In this document: positions 8,863 through 18,573 of the stretch, piece by piece
How positions within the stretch are numbered: position 1 is the first letter of the stretch
Layout: every line of letters begins with the position of its first letter
Assembly: GCA_043821645.1 (NCBI GenBank)
Contig: JBDRCO010000138.1
Span: forward strand, 1-43,718
Length of the DNA stretch: 43,718 nucleotides
Source: Pseudomonadota bacterium
GTDB lineage: Bacteria; Myxococcota; JACRCW01; JAFGSX01
Direction: 5' to 3'
Translations under genes and position numbers: made by a program
Notes under the pieces: generated by a model
Told to the model about the DNA's origin: nothing
What the model saw: the letters and a program-made list of their open reading frames with translations, nothing else
Database searches by the model: none

Positions 8863-9330
8863 ATGATCACAATCAGCCCGATCGGTACGGTGCGAAGCAC
8901 AAGAAAAGAAAAGAGAGACGACGACTGGAGTCGAGTCGATTCGCACATCGAGCTTGTCGAGAGCCTGCCTGCTGAAACTCTTTCAGGTCTGCAGGACTTC
9001 TCGCATCTTGAAATAGTTTTCTATTTTCATCAGGTCGATGAAAAAGATATCTGTCTCGCCGCGAGGCACCCTCGTGGTAACGCAGAATTTCCTATAGTCG
9101 GCATCTTTGCTCAGCGAGCGAAGGACCGGCCAAACAGGCTCGGGACAACGATTGTACGATTGAAGTCCATCGCGGGACGTAGGATCTACGTCGCTGGGCT
9201 CGACGCGATCGACGGCAGCCCGGTGCTGGACATCAAACCTGTGGTTCGAGAATTTCTCCCCGGCGGCGCGATCGAACAGCCCGAGTGGGTCTCGGTGGTG
9301 ATGAAGGACTATTGGGAGTTAGCGGTCTGA
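8863..9330 (+). CDS. TsaA/TrmO (YaeB)-like SAM-binding protein, short form
   Basis: PIGTV, L.GL.DFSHL..VFYFH, GIFAQRAKDRPNRLG and GLDAIDGSPVLDIKP motifs. Confidence 0.9.
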   Translation: MITISPIGTVRSTRKEKRDDDWSRVDSHIELVESLPAETLSGLQDFSHLEIVFYFHQVDEKDICLAARHPRGNAEFPIVGIFAQRAKDRPNRLGTTIVRLKSIAGRRIYVAGLDAIDGSPVLDIKPVVREFLPGGAIEQPEWVSVVMKDYWELAV

Positions 9331-9489
9331 CGATGCACGGTGGCGCCTTGGCATCGAGCGGAGAGGGCGATCATCTCTCCAAGACAATCTGGGCTCAACT
9401 TCCGTTGCAGTGGCTATACTCGCCGAGTTCAGGTCGGCCCATCATTGGCGTGGACGCGGCGCCAGCTCGACCTGGGGTGGAGGCCGGAC

Positions 9490-9816
9490 ATGTGGTTCGA
9501 ATGTGATTGTGGAAGAGAGATCAAGGACAATGGGGACGGACTCTCCTACAAGGCTCGCTGGATCGCGGATGAGGACTGGTGCTCATTCTGGGATGCCATT
9601 GACGACGCGGTCGAGAAGAGTGGGCCGACGCCCCGAGAGAAGACCCGCGCGTGTCTGGGCTTGCGGAAGAAGTTCCTCTTCAAGGCGCTCTACCAGTGTC
9701 CCGATTGTGGGCGTGTCCATGTGGATGGCGACGAAGATGACGTTCTGACTTTTGAACCTGACGATGAGAACGACAAGAAGCATATTCTCTCCCGCACAAG
9801 GCGCGACGAGGACTAG
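9490..9816 (+). CDS. Small hypothetical protein with Zn-ribbon-like Cys pairs
   Basis: GGAGG RBS before the ATG at 9490; CDCG at the N-terminus and CPDCGR near the C-terminus. Confidence 0.7.
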   Translation: MWFECDCGREIKDNGDGLSYKARWIADEDWCSFWDAIDDAVEKSGPTPREKTRACLGLRKKFLFKALYQCPDCGRVHVDGDEDDVLTFEPDDENDKKHILSRTRRDED

Positions 9817-9970
9817 CTTCTTCCAGGTATTCGCAGGCCTTGAAAGTGGGCGGGCTCGTTTCGCTCCTGGCGCCATGTTTCCCGGCTCGGCTTTGTTCGT
9901 CGTTCACACAGGCGTCAAGGACCCGTGCCACGAACACGTTCCTCGACACGAGAGGCTGCGGACCCGGGAT

Positions 9971-11296
9971 TCAGAGGGGTAGCGAAAAATCGCGAACCAC
10001 GGCCATGTGCTGCATGTTGAGCGCAGCGCTATCCGTGGCCAGCACGGGCGGTACGTCGGTCAGTGGCGCGTACACACGACTGTCAAAGACCAACCCATTG
10101 GGGAAGAGCTGGGTCCCCACCCGCACCGGAATGGACAGAGCATGGAGGTCAGGATCCGGCATGACCTGGTCATAGGGCTGACGGATGCTGGTCGGTAAAA
10201 GACGGTTGGCGCTTGTGCCGGTGTTGCCCGTGCCGTCATCAGGCAGAGGCAGTGTGACCAGGATGGTGGCAAAGGAGGCCAGCGCCGGCTCCCGTGTGGT
10301 ATCCGCGTAGTAGGTGTTGAGGTCGCCGCCGACGACGAGGAGGTCCGCCAGCGGTACGGTGCTGTTGAGGTGCCCCACCAGTTCATCCGCCTCTGTTTTT
10401 CGCTGCGCGACGGCTGCGGCGTTGCTGCTCGCCTTGAGGTGGACGCTCACCGCCCACAGGTCCTTGTTGCCGGGGACGTCCATGCGCGCCCAGACATAAC
10501 TGCGGTTGGTGATGGGTGACGTGTCTGGCCACACACCACTGGCAACGATGGGAAAACGGCTGATGATGCCATTGGGAATGATGCCTGCCCCCGCCGGTTC
10601 GCGCGTGTAGACGCAGGTGACCCCGCATGCTGTCTCGACAAAGGCCTGCACCGCGGCCGGGGAGTTGTCGCCGATGTTGAACTCCTGGATGAGCACGATG
10701 TCCGGGTGCAAGCCCTGGATGATGCGCAGCCCTTCGCCGTTGTCATAGGACTGGTTCAGGCCGCTGCTGAGATTGGCGGCCAGGATGCGCACGGTCTGGG
10801 TTGGACCTGCATCCTCTGCCGGGGACGCGTCCTCCACGCCGGCGTCGAGGTTCGCAACGTCGGAGAATGGGGAGGCATCGGTGAGCGCATTGGCATCTTG
10901 CAGGTCGGCGACGTCCTGTTCGGCAGCGTCCGAAGCGTCCGCAGCGTCGGAGGTCGGGGACGCATCCAGCAGCAGATCCGCGTCCGGTGGCGCTTGACCG
11001 TCCCGCTCGACGTCGGCATCCAGCAAATCCATATCCGTCGGGGATGAATCCGCGGGCGTTGAGACGTCCGGTGGCGCCGCGGCATCCACGTGTCCCGTGT
11101 CCTGCGGCAGCACCGCGTCCTGGGGGAAGGAAGAGGAATCCGGGACGGCGGCGTCTGCCACATCCAGCGTGAAGGCGTCCACATGGCTGATGGTGGCGTC
11201 CAGGGGAGTGTGCGAGGCGTCCGTGTCTCCGGCGGGGGCTGTGATACACGCCGACACTGTCAGGGCACACGCCAGCACGCTGTACCGTATTGCCAT
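9971..11296 (-). CDS. Endonuclease/exonuclease/phosphatase (EEP) family lipoprotein
   Basis: Lipobox-like VSAC, long Asp/Ala linker, and EEP motifs AANL, PDIVLIQEF, SVHLK, GGDLN, YD and QH.AV. Confidence 0.88.
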   Translation of the reverse strand: MAIRYSVLACALTVSACITAPAGDTDASHTPLDATISHVDAFTLDVADAAVPDSSSFPQDAVLPQDTGHVDAAAPPDVSTPADSSPTDMDLLDADVERDGQAPPDADLLLDASPTSDAADASDAAEQDVADLQDANALTDASPFSDVANLDAGVEDASPAEDAGPTQTVRILAANLSSGLNQSYDNGEGLRIIQGLHPDIVLIQEFNIGDNSPAAVQAFVETACGVTCVYTREPAGAGIIPNGIISRFPIVASGVWPDTSPITNRSYVWARMDVPGNKDLWAVSVHLKASSNAAAVAQRKTEADELVGHLNSTVPLADLLVVGGDLNTYYADTTREPALASFATILVTLPLPDDGTGNTGTSANRLLPTSIRQPYDQVMPDPDLHALSIPVRVGTQLFPNGLVFDSRVYAPLTDVPPVLATDSAALNMQHMAVVRDFSLPL

Positions 11297-11463
11297 GGTC
11301 TTGACGCTAGCACAGCCAGAGCCTGCCTGCCGCCGGGATTCCCGCCTGTAGCTGGACCCCGCAGCCCCCCAAAGCCGACCTGCTCCCAGCATTTCTGGTG
11401 GCCAATTCGAGGTCCCGGCGAATAAGGTGAATGCAAGAACAGGAATCCGACAAGGGAGCCGCG

Positions 11464-12378
11464 ATGACCAACATCAAGAAGCCCGCATTCCAGGTGACAC
11501 CGCAGAAGCTCGAGAAGGCCCTGGAGGGTTTTGAAAAGGACCTGCAAGAGGTCAAGACCACGGGCGGCACGGTGAGCATGAACAAGCTCGCGAACGCGGT
11601 GGATGGTCCGGTCGAGCACAGCGCCTACAACACCCTGGTCGACGAGTTCACCCACGATGTTCAGCACCGCGCCAGCGGCTGTAGCGGTGCCTACACCAGC
11701 ACCGAGACGCCGGAGCGTCTGGGCAAAGGGGACGTCGACAAGGTCTTTGACGCCCTGCTCAAGGCCAAGGCCAAGACGGGCAAGATCGACAAGAACAACG
11801 ATGGTGTCATCAGCCTCGACGAGGCCAAGGCGGTGTCGTCGCGCGGTGGCCTGGCAGGCAAGCTCCTCAAGGCCTCGGTGGGCAGCGAGGTCGAGCGCTA
11901 CGAGCATGATCTCCAGCGCTGGGTGTACTCGCTCAACAGCGTCACCGTTTCGATCAAGCAGCGCGTCGAGGCCGACGACGAGATTCGCTCGGTGACGGGT
12001 TTCCACGCCAAGTCCAAGCTGGGCGCCGAGGCCCTGGCCTGGGCCTTTCGCGACCTGACCACGGATCCGGACTCCGGTCTCAGCCACGTCGACATGGATC
12101 GCGTGCTGACCCAGGGCGAGGGCAGCGAGATGCCGCTGGTGGTCCTGGCGCGTGGCTATGCGGCGCGGGCGAGCAAGGGGCATCTGGACAACGACGAGAT
12201 CAAGGCCCTGCTGGCGACGGACGATCTGCAAGGCTACGTCGACACCACCCGGACCAAGGTCGAGGCGCGCCTGGGCGGGGACTTCTTCGACTCCTATCTC
12301 AAGGGCACGGACCTGCCCAATTCTGACCAGCTCAACGATCCCGACTACAAGGCCTGGGCTAGCGACAACCGGTGCTAG
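11464..12378 (+). CDS. Hypothetical protein with an EF-hand-like loop; overlaps the downstream radical SAM gene
   Basis: Strong GC3 codon bias, AAGGGAG RBS, DKNNDGVISLDE loop; the protein ends in KAWASDNRC. Confidence 0.8.
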   Translation: MTNIKKPAFQVTPQKLEKALEGFEKDLQEVKTTGGTVSMNKLANAVDGPVEHSAYNTLVDEFTHDVQHRASGCSGAYTSTETPERLGKGDVDKVFDALLKAKAKTGKIDKNNDGVISLDEAKAVSSRGGLAGKLLKASVGSEVERYEHDLQRWVYSLNSVTVSIKQRVEADDEIRSVTGFHAKSKLGAEALAWAFRDLTTDPDSGLSHVDMDRVLTQGEGSEMPLVVLARGYAARASKGHLDNDEIKALLATDDLQGYVDTTRTKVEARLGGDFFDSYLKGTDLPNSDQLNDPDYKAWASDNRC

Positions 12379-13685
12379 GACCCGTTTCTTCTGCCCGCGA
12401 TCTGCTGCGGGCCGAGGCCTTTGGCGGCATTCATTACTGCCACCACAGCGGCCAGACCACGATGCTGCCGCCAGGTCTGTTTGGCCTGCTGCGCGCAGCG
12501 CGATCGAACAGCGCGCTGGATCACTATGCGGCGAATCCCGGCACGTTCCCCCACGGCGATCGCGCCTTTGCCCGGTCGGTCGCAGGCTGGCAGCGGCAGG
12601 GACTGCTCGACGAGGACTACCGCTGCCCGGCGCGCCTGATCGAAAACCCACCGCTGGCCAGCGGTCTGACGGCACCCCTGACGCTGCACCTGGACCTGAC
12701 CAGCGCCTGCAACCTGCACTGCGTGCACTGCTACGTCGGCGACACCCGCGTACATCATGATCTGTCCGCGGAGCGGGTGCGCAGGGTCTTTGCCGAGCTC
12801 GAGCACAGCGGTGTGCCGGTGCTCGTGCTGAGCGGCGGCGAGCCCCTGGTCCGACCGGACCTGTTCGAGATCCTGCAGGGCCTGTCGCAGCATCCCGTGG
12901 ACGCCTACCTGTGCACCAACGCCACCCTGATCGACGGGGCAACGGCCGCGCGCCTGGTCGCCACCTCGGTACGCGGCTATTCGGTCTCGCTCGATGGCCC
13001 GGATGCTGCCAGCCACGACCGCGTCCGCGGCCCGGGGAGCTTTGACAGCGCACTGGCGGGCCTGCGCGCGCTGGTCTGTGCCGGCGCTCGCTATGTCCAG
13101 CTGCGCGTGACCGCGACGCGGCCCATCGTCGACCGCCTGCTGGAGTTTGCCCCCCTGGCTGCTGAGCTGGGCATCTCGCGGGTGGTGATCAAGCCGCTGA
13201 ATCTGGTCGGGCGGGCGCTCAAGGTGCCCGAGCTGGCCCTGGATCGAGAGGCCTATCTGGCAGCGATCCCGAGGACCCTGGCGCACTGGCCAGCGGCGGC
13301 CTGCATCCTGGAAATGGGCGACGGGATACCGCACCGACCGCCGGACTGGACCCGCATCGCGCGGCCTTTTTCCTGCCCCGGGGGCACCACCACCGCGCGC
13401 GTGTCCTGGGACGCCCGGGTCCTGGCCTGCTCGCAGCGCAGCGACGACGACTGGTCGCTCGCAGACCACGATGTGATGGACTGCTGGCGGAACAGCCCCG
13501 GGCTCGTTCGATGGCGCAACCTGGAACCCGGGCCGGGCTGTCAGCGCTGCGCGAGCCTGGCCTCCTGCGGCGGTGGCTGCCGGATGCGCGCCCTGGCGAC
13601 GGGGGGCGGACTGGGCGATGCCGATCCCTGGATGCCCTGCGCACAGGACAGGCACGGGCCCGCGGTGCCAGACGCGAGCCGTTGA
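12372..13685 (+). CDS. Radical SAM/SPASM-domain protein (PqqE/MftC-like) with a probable N-terminal RRE
   Basis: CNLHCVHC, SGGEP, TNAT and VSLDG motifs. SPASM Cys pattern C.GG..ARV..D..V.AC...CQRC.....CGGGC. The N-terminal LRAEAFGGIHY resembles MftB/PqqD. Confidence 0.9.
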   Translation: MLGPVSSARDLLRAEAFGGIHYCHHSGQTTMLPPGLFGLLRAARSNSALDHYAANPGTFPHGDRAFARSVAGWQRQGLLDEDYRCPARLIENPPLASGLTAPLTLHLDLTSACNLHCVHCYVGDTRVHHDLSAERVRRVFAELEHSGVPVLVLSGGEPLVRPDLFEILQGLSQHPVDAYLCTNATLIDGATAARLVATSVRGYSVSLDGPDAASHDRVRGPGSFDSALAGLRALVCAGARYVQLRVTATRPIVDRLLEFAPLAAELGISRVVIKPLNLVGRALKVPELALDREAYLAAIPRTLAHWPAAACILEMGDGIPHRPPDWTRIARPFSCPGGTTTARVSWDARVLACSQRSDDDWSLADHDVMDCWRNSPGLVRWRNLEPGPGCQRCASLASCGGGCRMRALATGGGLGDADPWMPCAQDRHGPAVPDASR

Positions 13686-13757
13686 GCCTGCTTCACGGAC
13701 GGCCCGGGGGTTCGCTCGTGACTTTGCTCCGGCACGAGTCCTGACTAACCTTGGGCG

Positions 13758-14477
13758 ATGGCACAGCAGAAAAGAGTTCTATCCCGCGCCGTGCTCCCAA
13801 TGCTCGGTGCCCTGGTGTGGATCCTGTTCCCCATCGGATGTCTCTGGTCCGGCGGCGACCTCGACGCCGGTGGCACCGTGGATGCCGGCGTGCTCGACGC
13901 CAGCGCTCCTCTCGAGCCTGCGCCCGGCGAGCTTGGTGGGGTCTGCGCTGGTGGGGATAGCTGCGTTGCCGGGACTTGCACGACGCTCCCGGACGACCGA
14001 GGTGGCCGCTGTACGCAGGCCTGTCTCGAGAACGCCGAGTGTCCGGACCACCTGCGCTGCGAGGCGGTGAGCGACGACCAGATGTTCTGCCTGGCCGGAC
14101 CGCGAGGCAGCGGCGGCATCGGAGACCCCTGCGGCGAGGGCCAGGGACTCGGCTGCGCAAGTGGGCTGTGCATCAGCGCCGATCCCCAGCAGGCGATCCC
14201 CGTCGACACTTGCACGGCCTCCTGCCTCTCCGACCCCGGCTGCGCGGCGCCCTTTCCTGCCTGCAACACCTTCCTCGCGCTGTGTCTGCCCATTGGCTCG
14301 GGCGAGACCGGTGGGCTGTGCCGCTTCGACGGCAGCTGCTTCGACAACAACGTCTGCGTGGATCTCAGTGGCATCGGTGAGCGCTGCACCAGGACCTGCG
14401 CCACGGCATCAGACTGCACAGCGAGCTACCTCGACTGCCGCGAGATCGCAGGTACGGACTACTGCGTCATGCCCTGA
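13758..14477 (+). CDS. Cys-rich secreted or lipoprotein, hypothetical
   Basis: Signal-like N-terminus (FPIGC) followed by repeated G..C....C....C...CT..C....C modules. Confidence 0.75.
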   Translation: MAQQKRVLSRAVLPMLGALVWILFPIGCLWSGGDLDAGGTVDAGVLDASAPLEPAPGELGGVCAGGDSCVAGTCTTLPDDRGGRCTQACLENAECPDHLRCEAVSDDQMFCLAGPRGSGGIGDPCGEGQGLGCASGLCISADPQQAIPVDTCTASCLSDPGCAAPFPACNTFLALCLPIGSGETGGLCRFDGSCFDNNVCVDLSGIGERCTRTCATASDCTASYLDCREIAGTDYCVMP

Positions 14478-14794
14478 GCGGCGGTCGAGACAGGCGCGAA
14501 GGCTCCGCACGCCGGCACCTTCTCTGGTGAAAACCGCGGCAGGACGCGGTGGCGTGTTGCGAGCTGCGCCAGCTGATCACAGAAATTCGGGCCGCGCTCA
14601 CCTCCTGCTTTCGTGTTCGCGCACCTCCTTGCCTTCGACTTGGGGTATTCTGCTGCAGCCTCCTGTCGAGGGCGCGCAGCACCGGACTGGCGTGCACAGT
14701 GGTGGTCGTGCTGCCTGTCCCCGAGAGACTGTCGCTGGCGCGTGGGAATGTTCACGGCGCAACTTCTGTTGGGAGACTTCGAGGATGACCGCTG

Positions 14795-15241
14795 ATGGTT
14801 GATCGACCCAGCCTGCACGCTCGAGCGCTCGTGGCGTCACGAGTGTGCACGACCATCGTGCTGGGGCTCATTCTCAGTGCCAACCTGCCTGCCCTGGTGC
14901 ATCTGGCAGCCACGCCCCATGCCTTCTGCATCGAGCACCAGCAGATCGTGGACCAGCCAGACCCCACGTCCGCTGACCTCCAGCCCGCCCCCTCCAGCGC
15001 AGCCCGCGACGTCGCGACCCTCGCTCGGGGCGTGCCAATCCGCTCTGCGGCGCACGATCACTGCGAGCAATCGGAGCTGGCGGGTCGCCAGTTCACCCTC
15101 AGCGCAGCCGTGGTCTCCAGCAGCATGACCTTGCCTCAGTCCACCCTGATGGGGTCAGGTCCTGCGGTCCCTGTGTGCGCTCGCGGCGAGCTCTATCGCC
15201 TGGCGCCCAAAACATCCCCTCCTGAACTCCTGCCCCGGTAG
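14795..15241 (+). CDS. DUF2946-like His/Cys leader protein of the metal-uptake operon
   Basis: N-terminal hydrophobic segment, H....HAFCIEH, HDHC, and a C-terminal LYRLAPKTSPP. Confidence 0.65.
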   Translation: MVDRPSLHARALVASRVCTTIVLGLILSANLPALVHLAATPHAFCIEHQQIVDQPDPTSADLQPAPSSAARDVATLARGVPIRSAAHDHCEQSELAGRQFTLSAAVVSSSMTLPQSTLMGSGPAVPVCARGELYRLAPKTSPPELLPR

Positions 15242-15399
15242 ACCGAACAAGGTGTGAGCTGTTTCTGGCCGCCCCTGTGCACGCACGGGGAGTGGCGACG
15301 GCCACCTTCTCGGAAACCGACCTCTGGCGTCCACCAAAGCGCGGTGCACGGCCTGTCGCAGGACGGTCGTCGCCCGCGCCGCCTGGCAGGAGCTCTTCG

Positions 15400-16746
15400 A
15401 TGAAGATGCGACAACGAGGGCCTTGTTTCGTGGTGTGGGGTGCCCTCCTTTTCCCCCTGGGCGCGACGGCTGTGGCGCGGGCACAGACAGCCACGGCACC
15501 GAGCAGTGCGCCTTTTGCCGAGCCGCAGGCCGCAGGACCCGTTTCTGCGCCGGCGCCAGCGTCCATGCCGGACTCGAACCCTGAGCCAGGTGCGGAGGAA
15601 CTGGCGGAGATCCAGGCGGCACTGGCTGCGGACACCGCAGCGCGCGTCGCCCCGGCATCCACCGATTCCACGAGCAGCAGCGAGCTGGCCCCACCGGAAT
15701 CGGGGCTGACAGCTGGCAACGCGCTCAACCCGGCCATCTCTCTCATCGGGGATGTCGCCCTGGCCTATTTCAGCCAGGAGCGGAACCTGCAGCGTGGTGG
15801 ACATGATCCCACGCAGACGGGTTTCAACCTGCAGCAACTCGAACTCAGCGTGCAGGCGGCGATCGATCCCTACTTCACCTTCAACTCCAACATCGTGTTC
15901 TCGCTGTTCGGTGTCGAGGTCGAGGAGGCCTACGGCACCACGACCAGCCTGCCCTACAACATGCAGCTCCGCGCCGGTCAGTTTCTGACCCGGTTCGGGC
16001 GCGCCAATCCCACGCACCCTCACTCCTGGGACATGGTGGATCAGCCCATCGTCATCGGGAAATTCTTTGGCAGTGAGGGCAACCGCGGCCTCGGTACCGA
16101 GCTCTCCGTGCTGCTGCCCTTGCCGTGGTACGTGGAGCCCGTGCTCGCTGTCCTTGGCGACAGTGGTGGCGCCACCTGCCGCAGCTTCTACGGCAACACG
16201 CCGCGCCCGATCCAGAGCCCGACGGATCTGATCTACGTGGGCGCCCTCAAGCAGTTCTTTCCACTGAGCCAGGACTGGTCCCTGGCCTGGGGCCTGTCGA
16301 CGGCCATGGGGCCCAATGCCTCGGGGGCCGGAAATCGAACAGACATCTTCGGCACCGATCTGTACGTCAAGTGGCGCCCCATCTCGTATGGCAGCTACAC
16401 CGTCGTCGCACTGGAAACCGAGTGGATGCTGCGGCGCCGCCAGCTTCCGGGCGACCTGCTGCAGGACTGGGGTGGCTACACCAAGCTGTTCTGGCGCTTC
16501 GCGCAGCGCTGGGCCGTGGCCGGTCGATACGACGTGGTGTCCGGTGTGGCGAAGGACCCCCTGGATCCTGAGCAGACCTCGGCCGAGCACAGGCTGGCTG
16601 TCAACATCAGCTTCTGGCCCACCGAGTTCTCGCGTCTACGACTGCAGTACAGCGTCGACCTGCCGACCTATCGCGACCAGCCTATCCACGCCGTGTTCCT
16701 CACGCTCGAGCTGGTGTCCGGTGCTCACGGCGCCCACCAGTTCTAG
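15400..16746 (+). CDS. Zinc-regulated outer-membrane receptor/porin-like protein
   Basis: Signal peptide, NPAISLIGD, GF.LQQLEL...AAIDPYF, EEAY, FGRANPTHPHSW, PTEFSRLRLQY and a terminal GAHGAHQF; sits directly upstream of znuA. Confidence 0.85.
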   Translation: MKMRQRGPCFVVWGALLFPLGATAVARAQTATAPSSAPFAEPQAAGPVSAPAPASMPDSNPEPGAEELAEIQAALAADTAARVAPASTDSTSSSELAPPESGLTAGNALNPAISLIGDVALAYFSQERNLQRGGHDPTQTGFNLQQLELSVQAAIDPYFTFNSNIVFSLFGVEVEEAYGTTTSLPYNMQLRAGQFLTRFGRANPTHPHSWDMVDQPIVIGKFFGSEGNRGLGTELSVLLPLPWYVEPVLAVLGDSGGATCRSFYGNTPRPIQSPTDLIYVGALKQFFPLSQDWSLAWGLSTAMGPNASGAGNRTDIFGTDLYVKWRPISYGSYTVVALETEWMLRRRQLPGDLLQDWGGYTKLFWRFAQRWAVAGRYDVVSGVAKDPLDPEQTSAEHRLAVNISFWPTEFSRLRLQYSVDLPTYRDQPIHAVFLTLELVSGAHGAHQF

Positions 16747-16755
16747 GAGATTCGG

Positions 16756-17676
16756 ATGAGACGTCTTTTCAATCTCGTCGCCATCGTGGCAGCCCTCACC
16801 GTCGGTGGTGCCGCGAGCGCGAAGCTCAAGATCGTGGCCACGCACGCGGACCTGGCCTCGATCACATCCACCGTGGGTGGTGACCGTGTCGAGGTGGTGA
16901 GCATCGTCGAGCCAACCCAGGATCCGCACTTTGTCGACGCCAGGCCACACTTGATGCTCGAACTCAACCAGGCGAATCTTGTTGTCCTCGTTGGGCTGCA
17001 GCTCGAGGTGGGCTGGCTCCCCAATCTCCTCACCGGCGCGCGCAACAGCAAGATCTTGCCCGGGACCGAGGGCTACCTGGATACCTCGACGCTGATCGAG
17101 CGCAGGCAGGTTCCCAAGGGCGCCATCGATCGATCCATGGGGGATCTGCATCCTGGCGGAAATCCACACTTCTCGAAGTCGCCGGCCGCGGGCCTGCGCA
17201 TCGCCGATGGAATCGCCCGTCGCCTGAGCCAGCTTGACCCCGATGGAGCCGGGACTTACCGGCGCAACCTGTCGCTGTTTCAGAGGCAGCTTGGCGAGGC
17301 CATGGCGCGCTGGGAGAAGCAGATGCAGCCGTACCGCGGCACCAAGGTAATCGCCTACCACGAGTCCTGGGTCTACTTCACGGACTGGCTTGGCCTGGAC
17401 GCCGTAGCCTTTGTCGAGCCCAAGCCTGGCATTCCCCCCGACCCGGCACACATCGCCAAGCTGCTCGGCCAGATCCGGACCGACAAGGTCCGCGTCATCC
17501 TGCAGGAGGAGTACTACCCGGACAGCACCTCGCGCCTGCTGGCCGACAAGAGCGGAGCCCGCCTCATCCTGTCGCACGGCGGTGCGCACATCAGCGACGG
17601 GGAAGATTACATCGGCTACCTCGATCGCCAGGTGCAGAGCATCGTCCAGGTCCTGGGGAAAGGAATGACGCCATGA
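16756..17676 (+). CDS. znuA: Metal (Zn/Mn) ABC transporter substrate-binding protein
   Basis: QDPHF, GLQLEVGWL, GDLHPGGNPH, YHESW.YF and EPKPGIPP motifs of cluster A-I binding proteins. Confidence 0.9.
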   Translation: MRRLFNLVAIVAALTVGGAASAKLKIVATHADLASITSTVGGDRVEVVSIVEPTQDPHFVDARPHLMLELNQANLVVLVGLQLEVGWLPNLLTGARNSKILPGTEGYLDTSTLIERRQVPKGAIDRSMGDLHPGGNPHFSKSPAAGLRIADGIARRLSQLDPDGAGTYRRNLSLFQRQLGEAMARWEKQMQPYRGTKVIAYHESWVYFTDWLGLDAVAFVEPKPGIPPDPAHIAKLLGQIRTDKVRVILQEEYYPDSTSRLLADKSGARLILSHGGAHISDGEDYIGYLDRQVQSIVQVLGKGMTP

Positions 17677-18527
17677 CGCAGCAGCGACGGCGCGGGCTCT
17701 TGCTGGCACTGCTCGCCGGGCTGGTCGGTAGCAGCTGCACTCTGCTCGGTGACGGCGCGGGCTGGGCCACGGTCGATGCGCAGGTACATGCCGCCATCGC
17801 CCCGGATGTCGCTCACCAGAGTGTCCGCGCGGATCTGGTCACGGATCAGGGCTTCGAGATCGTCCTCGACCACATGTTCCTGCACGTCGCCGGGGTCGCC
17901 TTGCTCGCACCCGCTCTTGCCGCCAGTGAGGGGACCGCGACCTTTGATCCCGCCAGCCCACCGCCGGGTTACACGCTGTGCCATGGCGGCCACTGCCACC
18001 GCGCAGACGGGGCACTGGAAACCTACGCCGAGATCGAAGCCAAGCTCGCCAGCGGCGAAGCCGGCAGCAGCGACGAGCTGAACACCCTGCTGCCCGCCAG
18101 CGGCGAGCTCGAGCCCGGCCAGGACCAGCAGGTGTCTGCGCGTGCACGACCGGTGGGCGCGCTGCGGCTGACAGGGGCCGGTGTGCTGGTCGATCGGCTG
18201 GCCATCGACGCCAGGGTGGAGCTCGAAGGACAGCAGGTTCCCGTGCATATCTTGCTCGAGCCCGAGAACGCCGCGCTGGTGCGGGCGCAGGCGAGCACCG
18301 AGGGCTTACCGCTGGAAATCGGACCCGACGGACCGGGCACGGTTCACCTGACCCTGTCCCTGGTCGAGGACGGCAGTTTCTTTGATGGGATCCGCTTCTC
18401 GAACCTGGCGCAGGACCAGGGCGCGATCCACGTCGACAAGGACCACGCAGGAAATGCCGCTGTGTGGGAGCTGTGCCTGGCCAAGCTGGGCGTTCTCCCG
18501 ACGCAGCTGCAGGCCTTCGCGAACTGA
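17673..18527 (+). CDS. Hypothetical metal-binding lipoprotein (CHGGHCH motif)
   Basis: ATGA overlap with znuA, lipobox-like GSSC, and FDPASPPPGYTLCHGGHCH. Confidence 0.75.
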   Translation: MTQQRRRGLLLALLAGLVGSSCTLLGDGAGWATVDAQVHAAIAPDVAHQSVRADLVTDQGFEIVLDHMFLHVAGVALLAPALAASEGTATFDPASPPPGYTLCHGGHCHRADGALETYAEIEAKLASGEAGSSDELNTLLPASGELEPGQDQQVSARARPVGALRLTGAGVLVDRLAIDARVELEGQQVPVHILLEPENAALVRAQASTEGLPLEIGPDGPGTVHLTLSLVEDGSFFDGIRFSNLAQDQGAIHVDKDHAGNAAVWELCLAKLGVLPTQLQAFAN

Positions 18528-18573
18528 CCACATTGCCCAGCGCGGCCGAGCTGGCTGCGCGGAGGAGTTCATC

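Noticed and set aside
9320-9490. Integron attC site between the cassette-like small genes
   Set aside because: No matching RYYYAAC...GTTRRRY pair with the required internal symmetry, and no integron integrase.
14757-14773. GCGCAAC-TTCT-GTTGGG as a Zur/Fur box before the metal operon
   Set aside because: Only a short CAAC/GTTG palindrome, and I cannot confirm the lineage-specific consensus.
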